Source: Alphaproteobacteria bacterium
GTDB lineage: Bacteria; Pseudomonadota; Alphaproteobacteria; UBA828
Direction: 5' to 3'
DNA length: 64,000 nt
NCBI GenBank assembly: GCA_965214705.1
Contig: OZ243972.1
Location: 1,888,001-1,952,000, forward strand
The number at the start of each line of letters is the position of its first letter. The stretch's first letter is position 1. A model generated the notes under the pieces. The model had not been told where the DNA came from. It did not search any database and saw only the letters and a list, made by a program, of their open reading frames with translations. The translations under genes and the position numbers were made by a program. Below, one piece after another: positions 28,665 to 38,716 of this stretch.

Positions 28665-31600
28665 ATGAAGCCGCACGCCGCCTTCCGTCCCGCAAGCCGA
28701 GGGGTGCCCCGCCAGCGCTCCCGGCTGGCGTCAGTCCTGCTCGGCACCGTGATCCCGCTGTCTCTGGTGATGAGCGAGGAGTTCCCGTTTCATTTCGTTC
28801 CGGAAGCTCGTGCCAGCGGAATCGGTGATTACGACGACGGTATTCTCGCCTTCAGCGAAGACGAGGGCGACGAGGGCGACGAGGACGACGGCGACGAGGG
28901 GGATGAGGGGGACGAGAACGACGAGGGCGACGAGGGGGACGAGAATAACGAGGGCGACGAAGGCGACGAAGGGGACGAGAACGACGAGGGCGACGAGGGG
29001 GACGAGAATAATGAGGGCGACGAAGGCGACGAAGGGGACGAGAACGACGAAGGCGACGAGGGCGACGAGGGGGACGAGAACGACGACGGCGATGAGGGCG
29101 ACGAGCACGACGAGGGCGATGAGGGCGACGAGGGCGATGAAGGCGATGAGGGCGACGAGGGGGACGAGCACGACGAGGGCGATGAGGGCGACGAGCACAA
29201 CGAGGGGGATGAAGGGGACGAGAACGACGAAGGGGACGAGGGCGACGAGCGCGACGACGGCGATGAGGGCGACGAACACGACGAGGGGGATGAAGGCGAC
29301 GAGAACGACGAGGGGGACGAGGGCGACGAGGGCGATGAGAACGACGAGAACGATGAGGGGGACGAGGGGGACGAGAACGACGAGGGCGATGAAGGGGACG
29401 AGGGCGACTACAGACGGACCCTGTTGCAGACCACGGCCGAGTGGGAACAGGCACGGCAGCAGGCCGAAACTGCAGTCGAAGAGTCCGAGCAAGCGTTGGC
29501 AGAGGCGAAAGCGGATTTAACAGAAGCACAAGACACTCTGAATGCGACGATCAAATCCTTCATCGCGTCTCTTGCCGGTGCCCCGCCAGGCGAAAATGAC
29601 GGTGCAGCCAGTACAAACTGGTCCGATGTAGTTGATGCTTTCAATAACCAAACCGCCTTGAAGGCCGAACACGAGCGCAAGTTGTCCGAACTCGAAGAGG
29701 CGCAAAACAGACTTGAGCACGCAGCTCTCGTCGTCGAGCAATTGGATAACGATCTGGAGGCCGAGTCAGACCTGTTTGCGATCAGAAACGAGATAACGGA
29801 TTGCCAAACGAGCGCTTGTTCGGCAGACGATTTTCTGACGACCGAGCGGTTTACCGTGTTTCAGCCCAATGTCCTGGAAACGGTTGGCGTGCATTACGCA
29901 TATGCAAGGGGTCTCACGGGAGCCGGTGTGCGGATCGCCATCGAGGACGATATCGTGAACTACACGCTCCCCGAATTCGCGGGGCGAGTCTCGTTCGACG
30001 GTGCCGTGCTCACGCATCCCATAACGGATGGGGACGACTCCTCCTCGGATGCAAGGCGGTGTGAACAGGCCAGCGAAAACACACGCGCGTCTCTCGGTTG
30101 CAAGGTGATTTCGCACGACTCCGAGGACGATTTGCGTGAAACACTGACCGTTCGAGCAGCTATCGCCAGCAACGGTTGGCCGCAAGAGGGAGAGCGGTGG
30201 TTCGTGAGAAACGACCGCTACGAGGAAGGCAGCCTCGCTCGATGGTCGGAAATTCCCCATGCCACAAGCCAGGATCGGCATGGAACCGCCGTTGCCTCGG
30301 TTGCAGCAGGCCGCGATTTCGGTATTGCCCCGGGCGCGACGATCGTGCCCGTCGCCAGAAGATTTGCGCACGACGGGCAGAGCGAGGAGGAGGACGTCTC
30401 TCGCGTCGTCTTGGACATGATCTCGGAGATGTCGTCTTCGGAACGGGCGGCGTTGGACTCCGCAATGGCCGACGGCGTTCTGGACGATTACGCGCATTAC
30501 GACATCATCAACCGCAGCTATGGTATCGGCGTGTTCGATCCCGCTGAGGTTCGGGAAGTCCTGGATGACGAGACGAAATGGTGGGGCGACCATTTGCGCC
30601 AGCTTCTACCCATGACGTGGCGCGCCTTCATGCAAACCGAAACGCACCCCGATGATCGCACGGTGGTGGTATACGCGGCAGGAAACGACTCGGAGGAGTT
30701 CGGAGCCCTGGAAGCGAACATCCCTTACCACGAGCCGCACGTGCGGGGGCATCATCTGTCCGTGATGGCGGTCGACCATGACGGCAGCCATGCGGCCTAC
30801 ACCAACTTCTGTGGGGCGCTTCCCTCCGATTGGGACACGGAGCGCTGGGGACGACACTTCTGTCTGGCGGCGCCGGGAACGGTCAACGCGGCCGGCAATG
30901 TGGGCAGGGGGCACGTCTTTCACGAAATTGAGGGAACGTCATTCGCCGCTCCCGTCGTCAGCGGCGCGATTGCGCTCCTGATGGAGCATTTCCGGGGGCA
31001 GCTTGGAAACAGCGCAATCGTCAAGCGGGTTGTCGATACGGCCGACAACAGCGGGCGCTATGCCCAGCTCGAGATTTACGGCGCCGGGTTGCTCGATCTG
31101 GAAGCGGCGTTGCAGCCTGTGGGGACCACGACGACGGGGACACCGTCGGCGCGTGCACCCGCAATGCGATCTGCGGCAAGCGTGCCGCCCGCCGTAGGAA
31201 ACTTGGGCCGGCGGCTGGCGCTTCAGGGTGTGGAGGTGACGTCCCTCGATAGCCTGGGGGCACCGTTCTGGTCTTCGCCGGCAGCCTACATCAGGCCAAT
31301 AGACAATCCGGTGTCACCGATTCCTGACTTTTCCGAACCGGAAGATGAGAACGGCGGACAACTGCATCTTGGGTTCTCTCCGGAAACGATCGCTGGGCCG
31401 GCGGACGATCGTGGCGTGCGTCTCCTGGCGGGCGCAGACAGGGTCGGTCTGGAGCGAGCGCCCGTGGACGGCTTCAGATGGGGCATTCTCGGAGATGCAG
31501 CGTCTTGGCAGGGGGGCGGTGTTTCCGGCGCCTTCGGCGAAGGGGTCCGGTCGATGACCGCGTGGGTGGGACACGACGCCAGGGTCGAGCTGGACGATGC

Positions 31601-32009
31601 GTGGGCCCTGAGAGCCTCGGCGACGCTGGCCCTGGGCCACGCGTTCCACGAACCCGGAGCAATGCTCTCCATCGACGCTCACACGCTGTCGACATGGGAT
31701 GTCGGCTTCGAGCGTGGAGAGCGCGGTCGAGGCATATGGTCTAGGATCGCGCTGTCGCAGCCCCTTCGCTCCGAATCGGGCGACGCGACGTTCACTTATC
31801 TTGCCGGGCTTGAGGACGGAGCTCCCGCCTACGATAGCGAGACGCTCTCGCTGGCGCCGGCGGGCCGGGAGCTGGAGCTTGCGCTCACGCATGAGGCGCC
31901 GATCGGTCTGGGACGAGGCGCAATCGAGGCGGCGCACGCGTGGGATGCAGGGCACGAGTCCGGTGAGACCCGCTGGCGAATCGGCGTAGCATATCGGCTG
32001 CAATGGTGA
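28665..32009 (+). CDS. S8 (subtilisin-like) serine peptidase with acidic repeat, coiled coil and probable C-terminal beta-barrel
   Basis: GLTGAGVRIAIEDD (Asp), HGTAVAS (His), AAGN, GTSFAAP (Ser), YGAGLLDL; C-terminus IGVAYRLQW. Confidence 0.88.
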   Translation: MKPHAAFRPASRGVPRQRSRLASVLLGTVIPLSLVMSEEFPFHFVPEARASGIGDYDDGILAFSEDEGDEGDEDDGDEGDEGDENDEGDEGDENNEGDEGDEGDENDEGDEGDENNEGDEGDEGDENDEGDEGDEGDENDDGDEGDEHDEGDEGDEGDEGDEGDEGDEHDEGDEGDEHNEGDEGDENDEGDEGDERDDGDEGDEHDEGDEGDENDEGDEGDEGDENDENDEGDEGDENDEGDEGDEGDYRRTLLQTTAEWEQARQQAETAVEESEQALAEAKADLTEAQDTLNATIKSFIASLAGAPPGENDGAASTNWSDVVDAFNNQTALKAEHERKLSELEEAQNRLEHAALVVEQLDNDLEAESDLFAIRNEITDCQTSACSADDFLTTERFTVFQPNVLETVGVHYAYARGLTGAGVRIAIEDDIVNYTLPEFAGRVSFDGAVLTHPITDGDDSSSDARRCEQASENTRASLGCKVISHDSEDDLRETLTVRAAIASNGWPQEGERWFVRNDRYEEGSLARWSEIPHATSQDRHGTAVASVAAGRDFGIAPGATIVPVARRFAHDGQSEEEDVSRVVLDMISEMSSSERAALDSAMADGVLDDYAHYDIINRSYGIGVFDPAEVREVLDDETKWWGDHLRQLLPMTWRAFMQTETHPDDRTVVVYAAGNDSEEFGALEANIPYHEPHVRGHHLSVMAVDHDGSHAAYTNFCGALPSDWDTERWGRHFCLAAPGTVNAAGNVGRGHVFHEIEGTSFAAPVVSGAIALLMEHFRGQLGNSAIVKRVVDTADNSGRYAQLEIYGAGLLDLEAALQPVGTTTTGTPSARAPAMRSAASVPPAVGNLGRRLALQGVEVTSLDSLGAPFWSSPAAYIRPIDNPVSPIPDFSEPEDENGGQLHLGFSPETIAGPADDRGVRLLAGADRVGLERAPVDGFRWGILGDAASWQGGGVSGAFGEGVRSMTAWVGHDARVELDDAWALRASATLALGHAFHEPGAMLSIDAHTLSTWDVGFERGERGRGIWSRIALSQPLRSESGDATFTYLAGLEDGAPAYDSETLSLAPAGRELELALTHEAPIGLGRGAIEAAHAWDAGHESGETRWRIGVAYRLQW
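28858..29408 (+). repeat. Coding tandem repeat of a 9-bp unit (GACGAGGGC consensus; DEG/DEN/DEH tripeptides)
   Basis: About 60 acidic tripeptides in frame inside the S8 gene. Confidence 0.95.
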
Positions 32010-32105
32010 TGAGACGGATTGAGTGTTTGGGTTCTCTTGCCGTGGCCGGCCGCGAACCGCGATGTCGGCCGGCAGAGTCCCTAATCGTGTCGACGGGAAA
32101 ATAAA

Positions 32106-32801
32106 GTGACAGGCGAAACTCCGAACCCTTTGGCCTCAGAGTGCGGCTCGGTGACCGGTCTGTCCAAAGATGCGTTCAAGGTGGCACGCTATTTTCCGAC
32201 GCTCATTTTTTCGGTGAAAGTTCCGGGCAGCGAGGTTCTGAACGCCCACCTGATCGAGGCGATCTACGCCGAACGAGAACGCGACAAATCAGGTGTGCGC
32301 AAGTCCAACTTCCCGGAGCTGGGGGGGTGGCACAGCCACGTCAAGCTGCACAAGGACGGCACGTATGCGGGATTGGTGAAATGCGTCGATGAGGCCGGGG
32401 CCATGATGTGCCGCGAGCTCGGATATCACAGGTCCTATAGACTGAGAATCGGCACCATGTGGTCGATCATCAATCCACCGGGGGGCTTGAACCGGGCCCA
32501 TATCCATCCCGGCTGCATTTGGAGCGGCGTCTACTACGTCCAGGCACCCAAGAATTCGGGTCGAATCGAGTTCATCGATCCGCGCACCCAGAACCTGATG
32601 AGTGCTGTCGAATACATCCCCAAAACCAAGCGCCCACGAATGTGCTGGACGAAGGTCCAATACAAACCGGTGGCCGGCACAATGCTGATCTTCCCCAGTT
32701 GGCTGTACCATAGCGTGGATCCCAATCGATCCAAGGCAAAGGGGAAGGATGCCGATCGGATCATCGTGAGCTTCAACCTGTCTCAGGCGAGGCGGAGATA
32801 G
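32106..32801 (+). CDS. Putative 2OG-Fe(II) oxygenase (TIGR02466-like)
   Basis: FPT.I, GGWHS, WSIIN..G..NRAHIHP..IWSGVYYV, F.DPR, LIFPSWLYHSV.PN, RIIVSFN. Confidence 0.88.
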   Translation: MTGETPNPLASECGSVTGLSKDAFKVARYFPTLIFSVKVPGSEVLNAHLIEAIYAERERDKSGVRKSNFPELGGWHSHVKLHKDGTYAGLVKCVDEAGAMMCRELGYHRSYRLRIGTMWSIINPPGGLNRAHIHPGCIWSGVYYVQAPKNSGRIEFIDPRTQNLMSAVEYIPKTKRPRMCWTKVQYKPVAGTMLIFPSWLYHSVDPNRSKAKGKDADRIIVSFNLSQARRR

Positions 32802-32914
32802 CCTCGCACGCCAACTGAGGCAAAGCGACTAGGGCCTATTCACACCTTAGCGACCTGTCCGACTTTCCGGGGCCACCTCAGTTGGCGCCGTGTCCCAAAT
32901 TATGGAGAGATCGA

Positions 32915-33250
32915 ATGGAGATCGCGCTCATATGGATCGTCGCTGCCCTGGTGGTTGCCTTCATGGCCTTTTCGTGGGGTCGGCGCTTCTGGGCGTGGTT
33001 CTTCTATGGTCTGCTGATTTGGCCTATCGCTCTCATCCATCTGCTTGTGGCGGGCCGCACTGAGAAAGGTAGGCGAATGAAGGCGATTGATGAGGGCCGC
33101 AGGCGCTGTCCGCATTGCGCCGAGTTCATCAGACTGGAAGCGCGCGTATGTCCATTTTGCCGCACGGAGTTGCACAAGAAAGCGCCGGACGCAGCCCAGG
33201 CAAGCCATGAAACGCGCCCTGTCCCCAAGCATCCCTGGGCCGCAGACTAG
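32915..33250 (+). CDS. Small membrane protein with zinc ribbon
   Basis: Two hydrophobic segments with GRRFWAWF; CPHCAEFI...A.VCPFC. Confidence 0.75.
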   Translation: MEIALIWIVAALVVAFMAFSWGRRFWAWFFYGLLIWPIALIHLLVAGRTEKGRRMKAIDEGRRRCPHCAEFIRLEARVCPFCRTELHKKAPDAAQASHETRPVPKHPWAAD

Positions 33251-33520
33251 GTCGTTGACTCGCTGGCTCACAACCAAATGTGAACTATGTCGATTTCTCG
33301 GTCATAGCGAGATGGTCGGCGGCGAGCATTTCGTAGCGCGTTGCGATGCGTCGGAACTGTTTGAGTTTAGCCAACAAACGCTCGACCCGATTGCGCTGGC
33401 GATATAGATCGCGGCTGAAGGCATGGAGCGCGGTAGCGGTGCTGCGGTCCGGACTGAACGGTACGGCTTACTGCGTCTCGATCGTCGCTCTGATCAAGAC
33501 TTGCCCCACCCAGCGTGCCT

Positions 33521-34693
33521 TCATGACGATGCTGTTGCTGCCGACTCGCCGTCCGCCATTGCGGCCTCGATGGCCTTTCCAATGCGCTCGGCGGCGGCCT
33601 GCAGGTCGCGGTCGCCGACATGGGCGTATCGCAGGGTCATCACAGGGTCGGCGTGCCCGAGCATGCGCGCGACGGTGGACAGGGGAACGCCCCGGGCGAC
33701 GGCCTGGCTGGCAACGGTATGCCTGAGATCGTGCAGGCGGACGTCGTCGAGACCGGCTTCCTTCCGCGCCCGATGCCACAGGTGCAGTGTGGGTGAAAGC
33801 GGTTTGTCAGGATGCCACGGGGACGGGAACACGTAAGGACTTGTGGCACGCGGCTGGCGGGCGAGGATGGCCTGTGCGGCCTGGCTCAGCCAGACCGTTC
33901 GCGGTCCGGTCTTGGTGTTGGCGAGGTTGAGGCGGTCGCCGTCGACCTCCGACCAGCAGAGCTTCAGGATCTCGCCCCTCCTGCAGCCGGTGAGCAGGAG
34001 CAGCCGGATGATATCGGCCTGTTGCTGGCGGGAGGGCCATTCCGCGACCAGCCGATCGAGGACGCGGTGAAGCCTTTCGATCTCTTCGTCGGAGAGGAAC
34101 CGGGTGAGCTTCGGGCGGGGATTCTTGGCGATGCCCTTGACGGGAGCGGTGTCCACATGACCAGCAGCGGAGGCGGCGTTCATGATCTGGCCGAAGATCT
34201 CGAGCGCCTTGTTGGCTCCGCCCGGAGCGGTGCGGCTGTAGGCGTCGAACCACCGTTCGACGTCGATCCGCCGGATGGCGTCCAGCGGGAGGCGGCCGAA
34301 GGCGGGGATCAGCTGCCGTTCGAGCACACGATTGGCGAATCGGCAGGACGTCGGGGCGCAGCGGCGGCGGTAAGCCGGCAACCACTCGTCAAGGATGAAG
34401 TCGCGGAACAAGGGAGCGCCGGAACGTCCTTCCGCCTTGCGCGGGACGGTTCCCAGACGGAGTTCCAAGGCTTCCTTCCGGGCGTCCTCAACGGTCATGA
34501 GCGCGGCCGGGCCGACAGTTCTCCTGACCGGCTCCCCCTGGACGCGCCCGTGCCAGACGAAGCTGCGATGCCCGGACGGGCGCACTCGCACGCCAAGGCC
34601 GGGCACCTCGCTGTCCCAGACCGCGTATTCCGTCGTGCCCGGCTTCAACCTGCCGACGCCCGCGTCAGTCAGACGGACCCTCCGCCCCTTCAT
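33521..34693 (-). CDS. Tyrosine integrase with Arm-binding N-terminal domain
   Basis: WDSEVPGLGVRV.PSG.RSF, TGCRRGEI, KTG.R, RLHDLRHT, LGH, TLRYAH. Confidence 0.92.
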   Translation of the reverse strand: MKGRRVRLTDAGVGRLKPGTTEYAVWDSEVPGLGVRVRPSGHRSFVWHGRVQGEPVRRTVGPAALMTVEDARKEALELRLGTVPRKAEGRSGAPLFRDFILDEWLPAYRRRCAPTSCRFANRVLERQLIPAFGRLPLDAIRRIDVERWFDAYSRTAPGGANKALEIFGQIMNAASAAGHVDTAPVKGIAKNPRPKLTRFLSDEEIERLHRVLDRLVAEWPSRQQQADIIRLLLLTGCRRGEILKLCWSEVDGDRLNLANTKTGPRTVWLSQAAQAILARQPRATSPYVFPSPWHPDKPLSPTLHLWHRARKEAGLDDVRLHDLRHTVASQAVARGVPLSTVARMLGHADPVMTLRYAHVGDRDLQAAAERIGKAIEAAMADGESAATASS

Positions 34694-35052
34694 GGCCGCC
34701 TCCCCGACAGGACGGGAGACAGGGTCTCGACCGCTTCGCGGACCGTGGCGTCGGACAGGTGGGCGTATTTCAGGGTGGTCGATGCGTTCTCATGACCGAG
34801 CAGGCGGCCGACGGTGCGCACGCTCTCGCCGCAGAGCAGCGCCATGCTGGCGTACGAATGCCTGGTGTCGTGCAGGCGAACGTCCTGCAGCCCGGCTTCC
34901 TCCCTCACGCCATGCCAGAAGTGATCCAGCCACTGCCAGGGGGTGCGCAGACCGGCGACCGGGAAGACGAACCCGGACGACCGGGGCAGGCTGTCGAGGA
35001 CGCCGCGCGCCGCCGCACACAGCCAGACCGTGCGCGGGCCGGTTTTGCTGTC
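34690..35052 (-). pseudogene. Truncated, frameshifted second tyrosine integrase (C-terminal part)
   Basis: DSKTGPRTVWL...VRLHDTRHSYAS...LLGH...TTLKYAHL; stop overlaps the next ATG. Confidence 0.75.
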
Positions 35053-35175
35053 GGTAAGAACCGCTATCCATCTAACTCACCTAAATACAACAATTATTCT
35101 CTTTCCTGACCTGATCCGAGATCAAACCGAAAGCGGATTCAATAGTATTGCAGCGCGCCAGAGCGTATCTGCCCG

Positions 35176-35493
35176 TCACGCGACCGCCCCAAGACCGTTC
35201 TTGGCGACCAGTGTCAGCAGCTTGAGCGAGGTGCCCCGGGGGCGCTTCTCGCCGCGCTCCCACTGGCTCACCAGACCCGTCGTCACGTTGAGGTAGCGCG
35301 CGAACACCGCCTGGCTCGCATGCTCGCGCAGCCGAAGCTCGCGAATGTCCTCCGGCGTCATCTCCTTGACGGGCGTGAGGCACATCTCGTCGAACTTCCG
35401 CATGGTCCGTTTCGACATCAGGCCCGCCTCGGCCAGGCCGAGCGCCGCCTCGTGCGCAGCCGCGAGCGCCTCACTCTTGTATTGCTTGGTCAT
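35176..35493 (-). CDS. higA: HigA-type XRE-HTH antitoxin
   Basis: TMRKFDEMCL...IRELR.REHASQAVFARYLNVT..LVSQWERGEKRP. Confidence 0.85.
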   Translation of the reverse strand: MTKQYKSEALAAAHEAALGLAEAGLMSKRTMRKFDEMCLTPVKEMTPEDIRELRLREHASQAVFARYLNVTTGLVSQWERGEKRPRGTSLKLLTLVAKNGLGAVA

Positions 35494-35878
35494 CGCATTC
35501 CACCTCGATTATCGATCCAGTCGCCTGCGCGGCCGCCAGGCCCTTCCTGTCCAGCGCCAGATACCCGTCGGCCAACAGCCTGTAGGTCTCGAGCTCGTCC
35601 CGGCGCAGGTTCTCGCGGTCGCTCTTGGCGAAACCGTAGACGAAGAACGCCAGCGCGCCCCGGCGGAACAGCACGATCGTGCGGAACCCGCCGGACCGGC
35701 CGCCTCCCTTGCGGGCGATGCGCTGCTTGATGACGCCGCCGCCGAGGTCGGCGTCGATCAGCCCTTCCCCGGCGCGCCGGACGGCCTCGCACAAGGCTGT
35801 ATCCTCCAGCCCTTCGCGGTCGGCGAAACGGGCGAAGGCCTTGGTCTTGAACGTCTGCAACCCGACCCTCGCGCGCAT
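35471..35878 (-). CDS. higB: RelE/HigB-family toxin
   Basis: FKTKAFARFA...GLIDADLGGGVIKQRIAR.G.GRSGGFRT...FFVYGFAKS; upstream of and overlapping the antitoxin. Confidence 0.85.
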   Translation of the reverse strand: MRARVGLQTFKTKAFARFADREGLEDTALCEAVRRAGEGLIDADLGGGVIKQRIARKGGGRSGGFRTIVLFRRGALAFFVYGFAKSDRENLRRDELETYRLLADGYLALDRKGLAAAQATGSIIEVECDDQAIQE

Positions 35879-36088
35879 CCGCCTTCATGGCTCCTTTTAT
35901 GATACCCGGTGTGGCTTTTCAACTCGCGCCGTGCCCCTGCCCGCTACGCAGCCATCCTGCCGTCGTCTCCACCTGCGCGCCTCTCGCCGGCAGGAGAAGA
36001 GGCTTGGCCGTGAGCGGGGCGGCGGTCGGCGCTTCGGAGGGCGGGGCGCTGCCGCCGATTTCCACCACGGCACGATGGAGACGGCATC

Positions 36089-36415
36089 ATGAGCGCAGCG
36101 ATCGCATTGCCCGGCAACACGGCGGCGACCTTTCTCACCCATTTCTTCGGACCCGGCCTGGCCGACGATCGCTATGCGGTCGAGAAGTTCCGGGCGATGG
36201 CGGACGGCGAGATTCGGCGCTGCCCCGATCCGGCGCCGAAGGGTGGCAGGAACCGCAGGGCGAAGGTCTTCACCGCCACGCTGAAGGCGGTCAAGGAGAT
36301 GCGGCCCGCTCCCAACGAGATCATCGTCTGCACCGGCCTCAAGAGCCGCGGCGGGGTCCAGTACTGGGGAAGCGTATCGACGTCCTTGTTCTGCGACCGC
36401 CGCCAGAAGGGCTGA
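36089..36415 (+). CDS. Hypothetical protein
   Basis: GGAG RBS, GC3-rich coding pattern, first of a co-oriented run. Confidence 0.55.
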   Translation: MSAAIALPGNTAATFLTHFFGPGLADDRYAVEKFRAMADGEIRRCPDPAPKGGRNRRAKVFTATLKAVKEMRPAPNEIIVCTGLKSRGGVQYWGSVSTSLFCDRRQKG

Positions 36416-36526
36416 CCCCTTCCTCCCTGGGACGTCCAGCCGGCCCGCCGTCCCCGGTTCGGGGGCATGGGCAGCCGGCCGGACGTCCTCCGTCCCGAAT
36501 TCCACATCGGCAGGGAGAGCGCCGTC

Positions 36527-37792
36527 ATGGCATACAAGGATGTCAGCGTTAGACGCGAGCGCGACCTGGAACGCTACCACCGGCGGACCGAAGCTCGCCG
36601 GGCGGCCGGCCTTTGTCTCAAATGCGGCCGGACCGAGCCCGAACCCGAGCGCACGCTCTGTGCGCCCTGCGCCGAGAAGCGCAACGCCGCCGACCGCACC
36701 CGGTCCGCCAGGCTGCGCGCCGAGGGAAAACCGAGGCGTGATCCGGCCAGGGCAAAGCAGTACGAACGCGAGCGCGGACGCCGGCTGCACATCGAGAGGA
36801 AGGCCGCCGGCATCTGCACGAAGTGCGGCCGCGCCCCGGCACGCCCGGACCGGACGACCTGCGAGCCCTGCGCGGAGCAGCATCGCGCGCGCGACCGCGC
36901 CCGTCATGCCCGCGCCAGGGCCCGGGGCCTGGCCTATGGCGGCCGCGATCCGGAAGCCAAGCGGCGGGCCGGCCGGAAGCGCAGCCGCCGGCGCGCCGAA
37001 GCCCGCCGGGCCGCCGGCATCTGTATCCGCTGCGGACATGCCCCGCCCGCGGAGGGCCGGTCCATGTGCGAGCCGTGCCGCGAGGACCGGCGGGCCGCGA
37101 AACGCGCGCGCCATGCCGAACGCCGCGCCGCCGGATTGTGCGTGAAATGTTCAACGCCCACGCCCGGCGGGAAGGCCTATTGCGCTCCCTGCGGCGAGGC
37201 CCGGAACAAGCGGCGGAAGCGCAACCCGGAAGCCAGACGGGAGGCCGACCGGCGGCGCTATGTCGAGCGGCGCGCCAGGGGCGATTGCACCACCTGCGGA
37301 AAGCCCGCCAACGGGGCGGCCGAGTGCCGCGCCTGCTGCGACGCCGCCCGCGAGCGCTACCACGCCCGCCGCGCCGCCGGGGTCTGCGTCAAGTGCAAGA
37401 CCCCGGCATTCGGCGGCACGGCCTATTGCGCGCCCTGCGCCGTCGCCAAGAACGAGCGCCGAGACCGCGAGGCGGAGTATGTCGAGCGGCGCCGGCGCTA
37501 TGCCGACAGGCGCGCCAGGGGCCGATGCGTCGAGTGCGATGCGCCGTCGCCCGGGGTGGCGCGCTGCGAGCCCTGTTCGATCAGGCACCGTGAAGGATCG
37601 GGGGCGTTTCGCGGCATCCCGGTCCATGAGCCGCAATACACGGTCGTCGAACTCGAGACGGGAATCGAGCACGGCACTTATGACAGCATGGCCGACGTCG
37701 TCCTCTGCCTCGCCTTCGCCAAGCTGTCCGCGGAGCAGGTCGAGGTGATCCGCGACGCCCCGATCACCGGCAGCTTCACGGCCTGGGCGTGA
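36527..37792 (+). CDS. Arg-rich protein with seven CxxC-x(8-11)-CxxC repeats
   Basis: RRAAG(L/I/V)CxxC...CxPC-type unit seen seven times; CAGGGAGAG RBS. Confidence 0.8.
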   Translation: MAYKDVSVRRERDLERYHRRTEARRAAGLCLKCGRTEPEPERTLCAPCAEKRNAADRTRSARLRAEGKPRRDPARAKQYERERGRRLHIERKAAGICTKCGRAPARPDRTTCEPCAEQHRARDRARHARARARGLAYGGRDPEAKRRAGRKRSRRRAEARRAAGICIRCGHAPPAEGRSMCEPCREDRRAAKRARHAERRAAGLCVKCSTPTPGGKAYCAPCGEARNKRRKRNPEARREADRRRYVERRARGDCTTCGKPANGAAECRACCDAARERYHARRAAGVCVKCKTPAFGGTAYCAPCAVAKNERRDREAEYVERRRRYADRRARGRCVECDAPSPGVARCEPCSIRHREGSGAFRGIPVHEPQYTVVELETGIEHGTYDSMADVVLCLAFAKLSAEQVEVIRDAPITGSFTAWA

Positions 37793-37919
37793 ACGATGTT
37801 CAATCGGGCGGGGCCGGTCCGCCGCCGTCGCCCGGTACGTACTGCCGGCCCGGCGTCCGCCGATACATATAGCCGGCGGGCGGGCGGACCGTCCCGGCGG
37901 CCCACAGGGAGACGAGCAC

Positions 37920-38150
37920 ATGAGCAACGCCACGATGCCCGACAATCCCGTCTACGCCTTCGTGCCCGTCGAGGACCCCGACACGGGGTTCCAGCAGATC
38001 CGCATCGTCGTCGACGGGATGGACGTGGCCATCGGCACGTCGCTGATCGTTCTGGGCATCGACGAGGCGATGGAAATCGCGGACAGGCTGAACCGGCCGC
38101 TCGGCTGGACACGGGAGAGCTGGACCGCCTTCGCCGCTGAGCGCCTGTAG
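37920..38150 (+). CDS. Small acidic hypothetical protein
   Basis: CAGGGAGA RBS; 76 aa; coding-like codon bias. Confidence 0.6.
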   Translation: MSNATMPDNPVYAFVPVEDPDTGFQQIRIVVDGMDVAIGTSLIVLGIDEAMEIADRLNRPLGWTRESWTAFAAERL

Positions 38151-38357
38151 CGCCGGGCCGGCGGCGGGGGCAGGCCATGCGGCCCACGGTCCGCCCATTC
38201 CGGCAGCACCGCCGCTCCGCGCATGCGGCGGGCGAATGCGTCCCGCGTGGCGTCCCCTTCGCGGAGTTGGAGAAGAGCGCGCTTCGGGCGATCGCCCGGA
38301 GAGCGGAGGGAGCGGTTTCCCTCGCCGGCGCCGGGCAGGCCAAGGGAGGCTCCGGCC

Positions 38358-38612
38358 ATGTTCGACCCCGATACCCATTTCGACGTCCCCACCGGCGACC
38401 TGCTCGCCGAGATCGGCATCGACCCCGCCGCCGCGAGCGAAGTCATCGCGGAAAACCGCGCCAGCCGCTGTCCCGGCAGGGAGCAGGTGCGGCCCGACCC
38501 GGGGACCGCGTTCCTCGACGTGGTCATGCCGCTCGACGGTGCCCTGCGCGGGGCGGCGCCGACGGATATCCCGGTCCCGCTCCCGTCGCGCCGGCAGGCC
38601 GATTGGAGGTGA
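38358..38612 (+). CDS. Small hypothetical protein
   Basis: AAGGGAGG RBS before ATG; coding-like codon bias. Confidence 0.5.
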   Translation: MFDPDTHFDVPTGDLLAEIGIDPAAASEVIAENRASRCPGREQVRPDPGTAFLDVVMPLDGALRGAAPTDIPVPLPSRRQADWR

Positions 38613-38716
38613 AGGGAAGCCTGGAGAAGTTGAACGGCGGGGGGCCGGGGGGAGATCGACCCGGCCTCCGTCGTTCGCAACCCATCGTCATGAACGAGAA
38701 CTGAAGGAGCATCGTC

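Noticed and set aside
28858-29408. Possible CRISPR or non-coding repeat array
   Set aside because: No unique spacers; variation is mostly at third codon positions, so it is a coding repeat
28731-29529. Ser/Pro-, Arg/Pro-, Thr/Arg- and Val/Leu-rich ORFs
   Set aside because: Alternative frames of the 9-bp DEG repeat inside the S8 gene
33255-33520. tRNA/att site or IS5 remnant downstream of the integrase
   Set aside because: No cloverleaf or direct repeat found; resemblance to an IS5 fragment is too short to call
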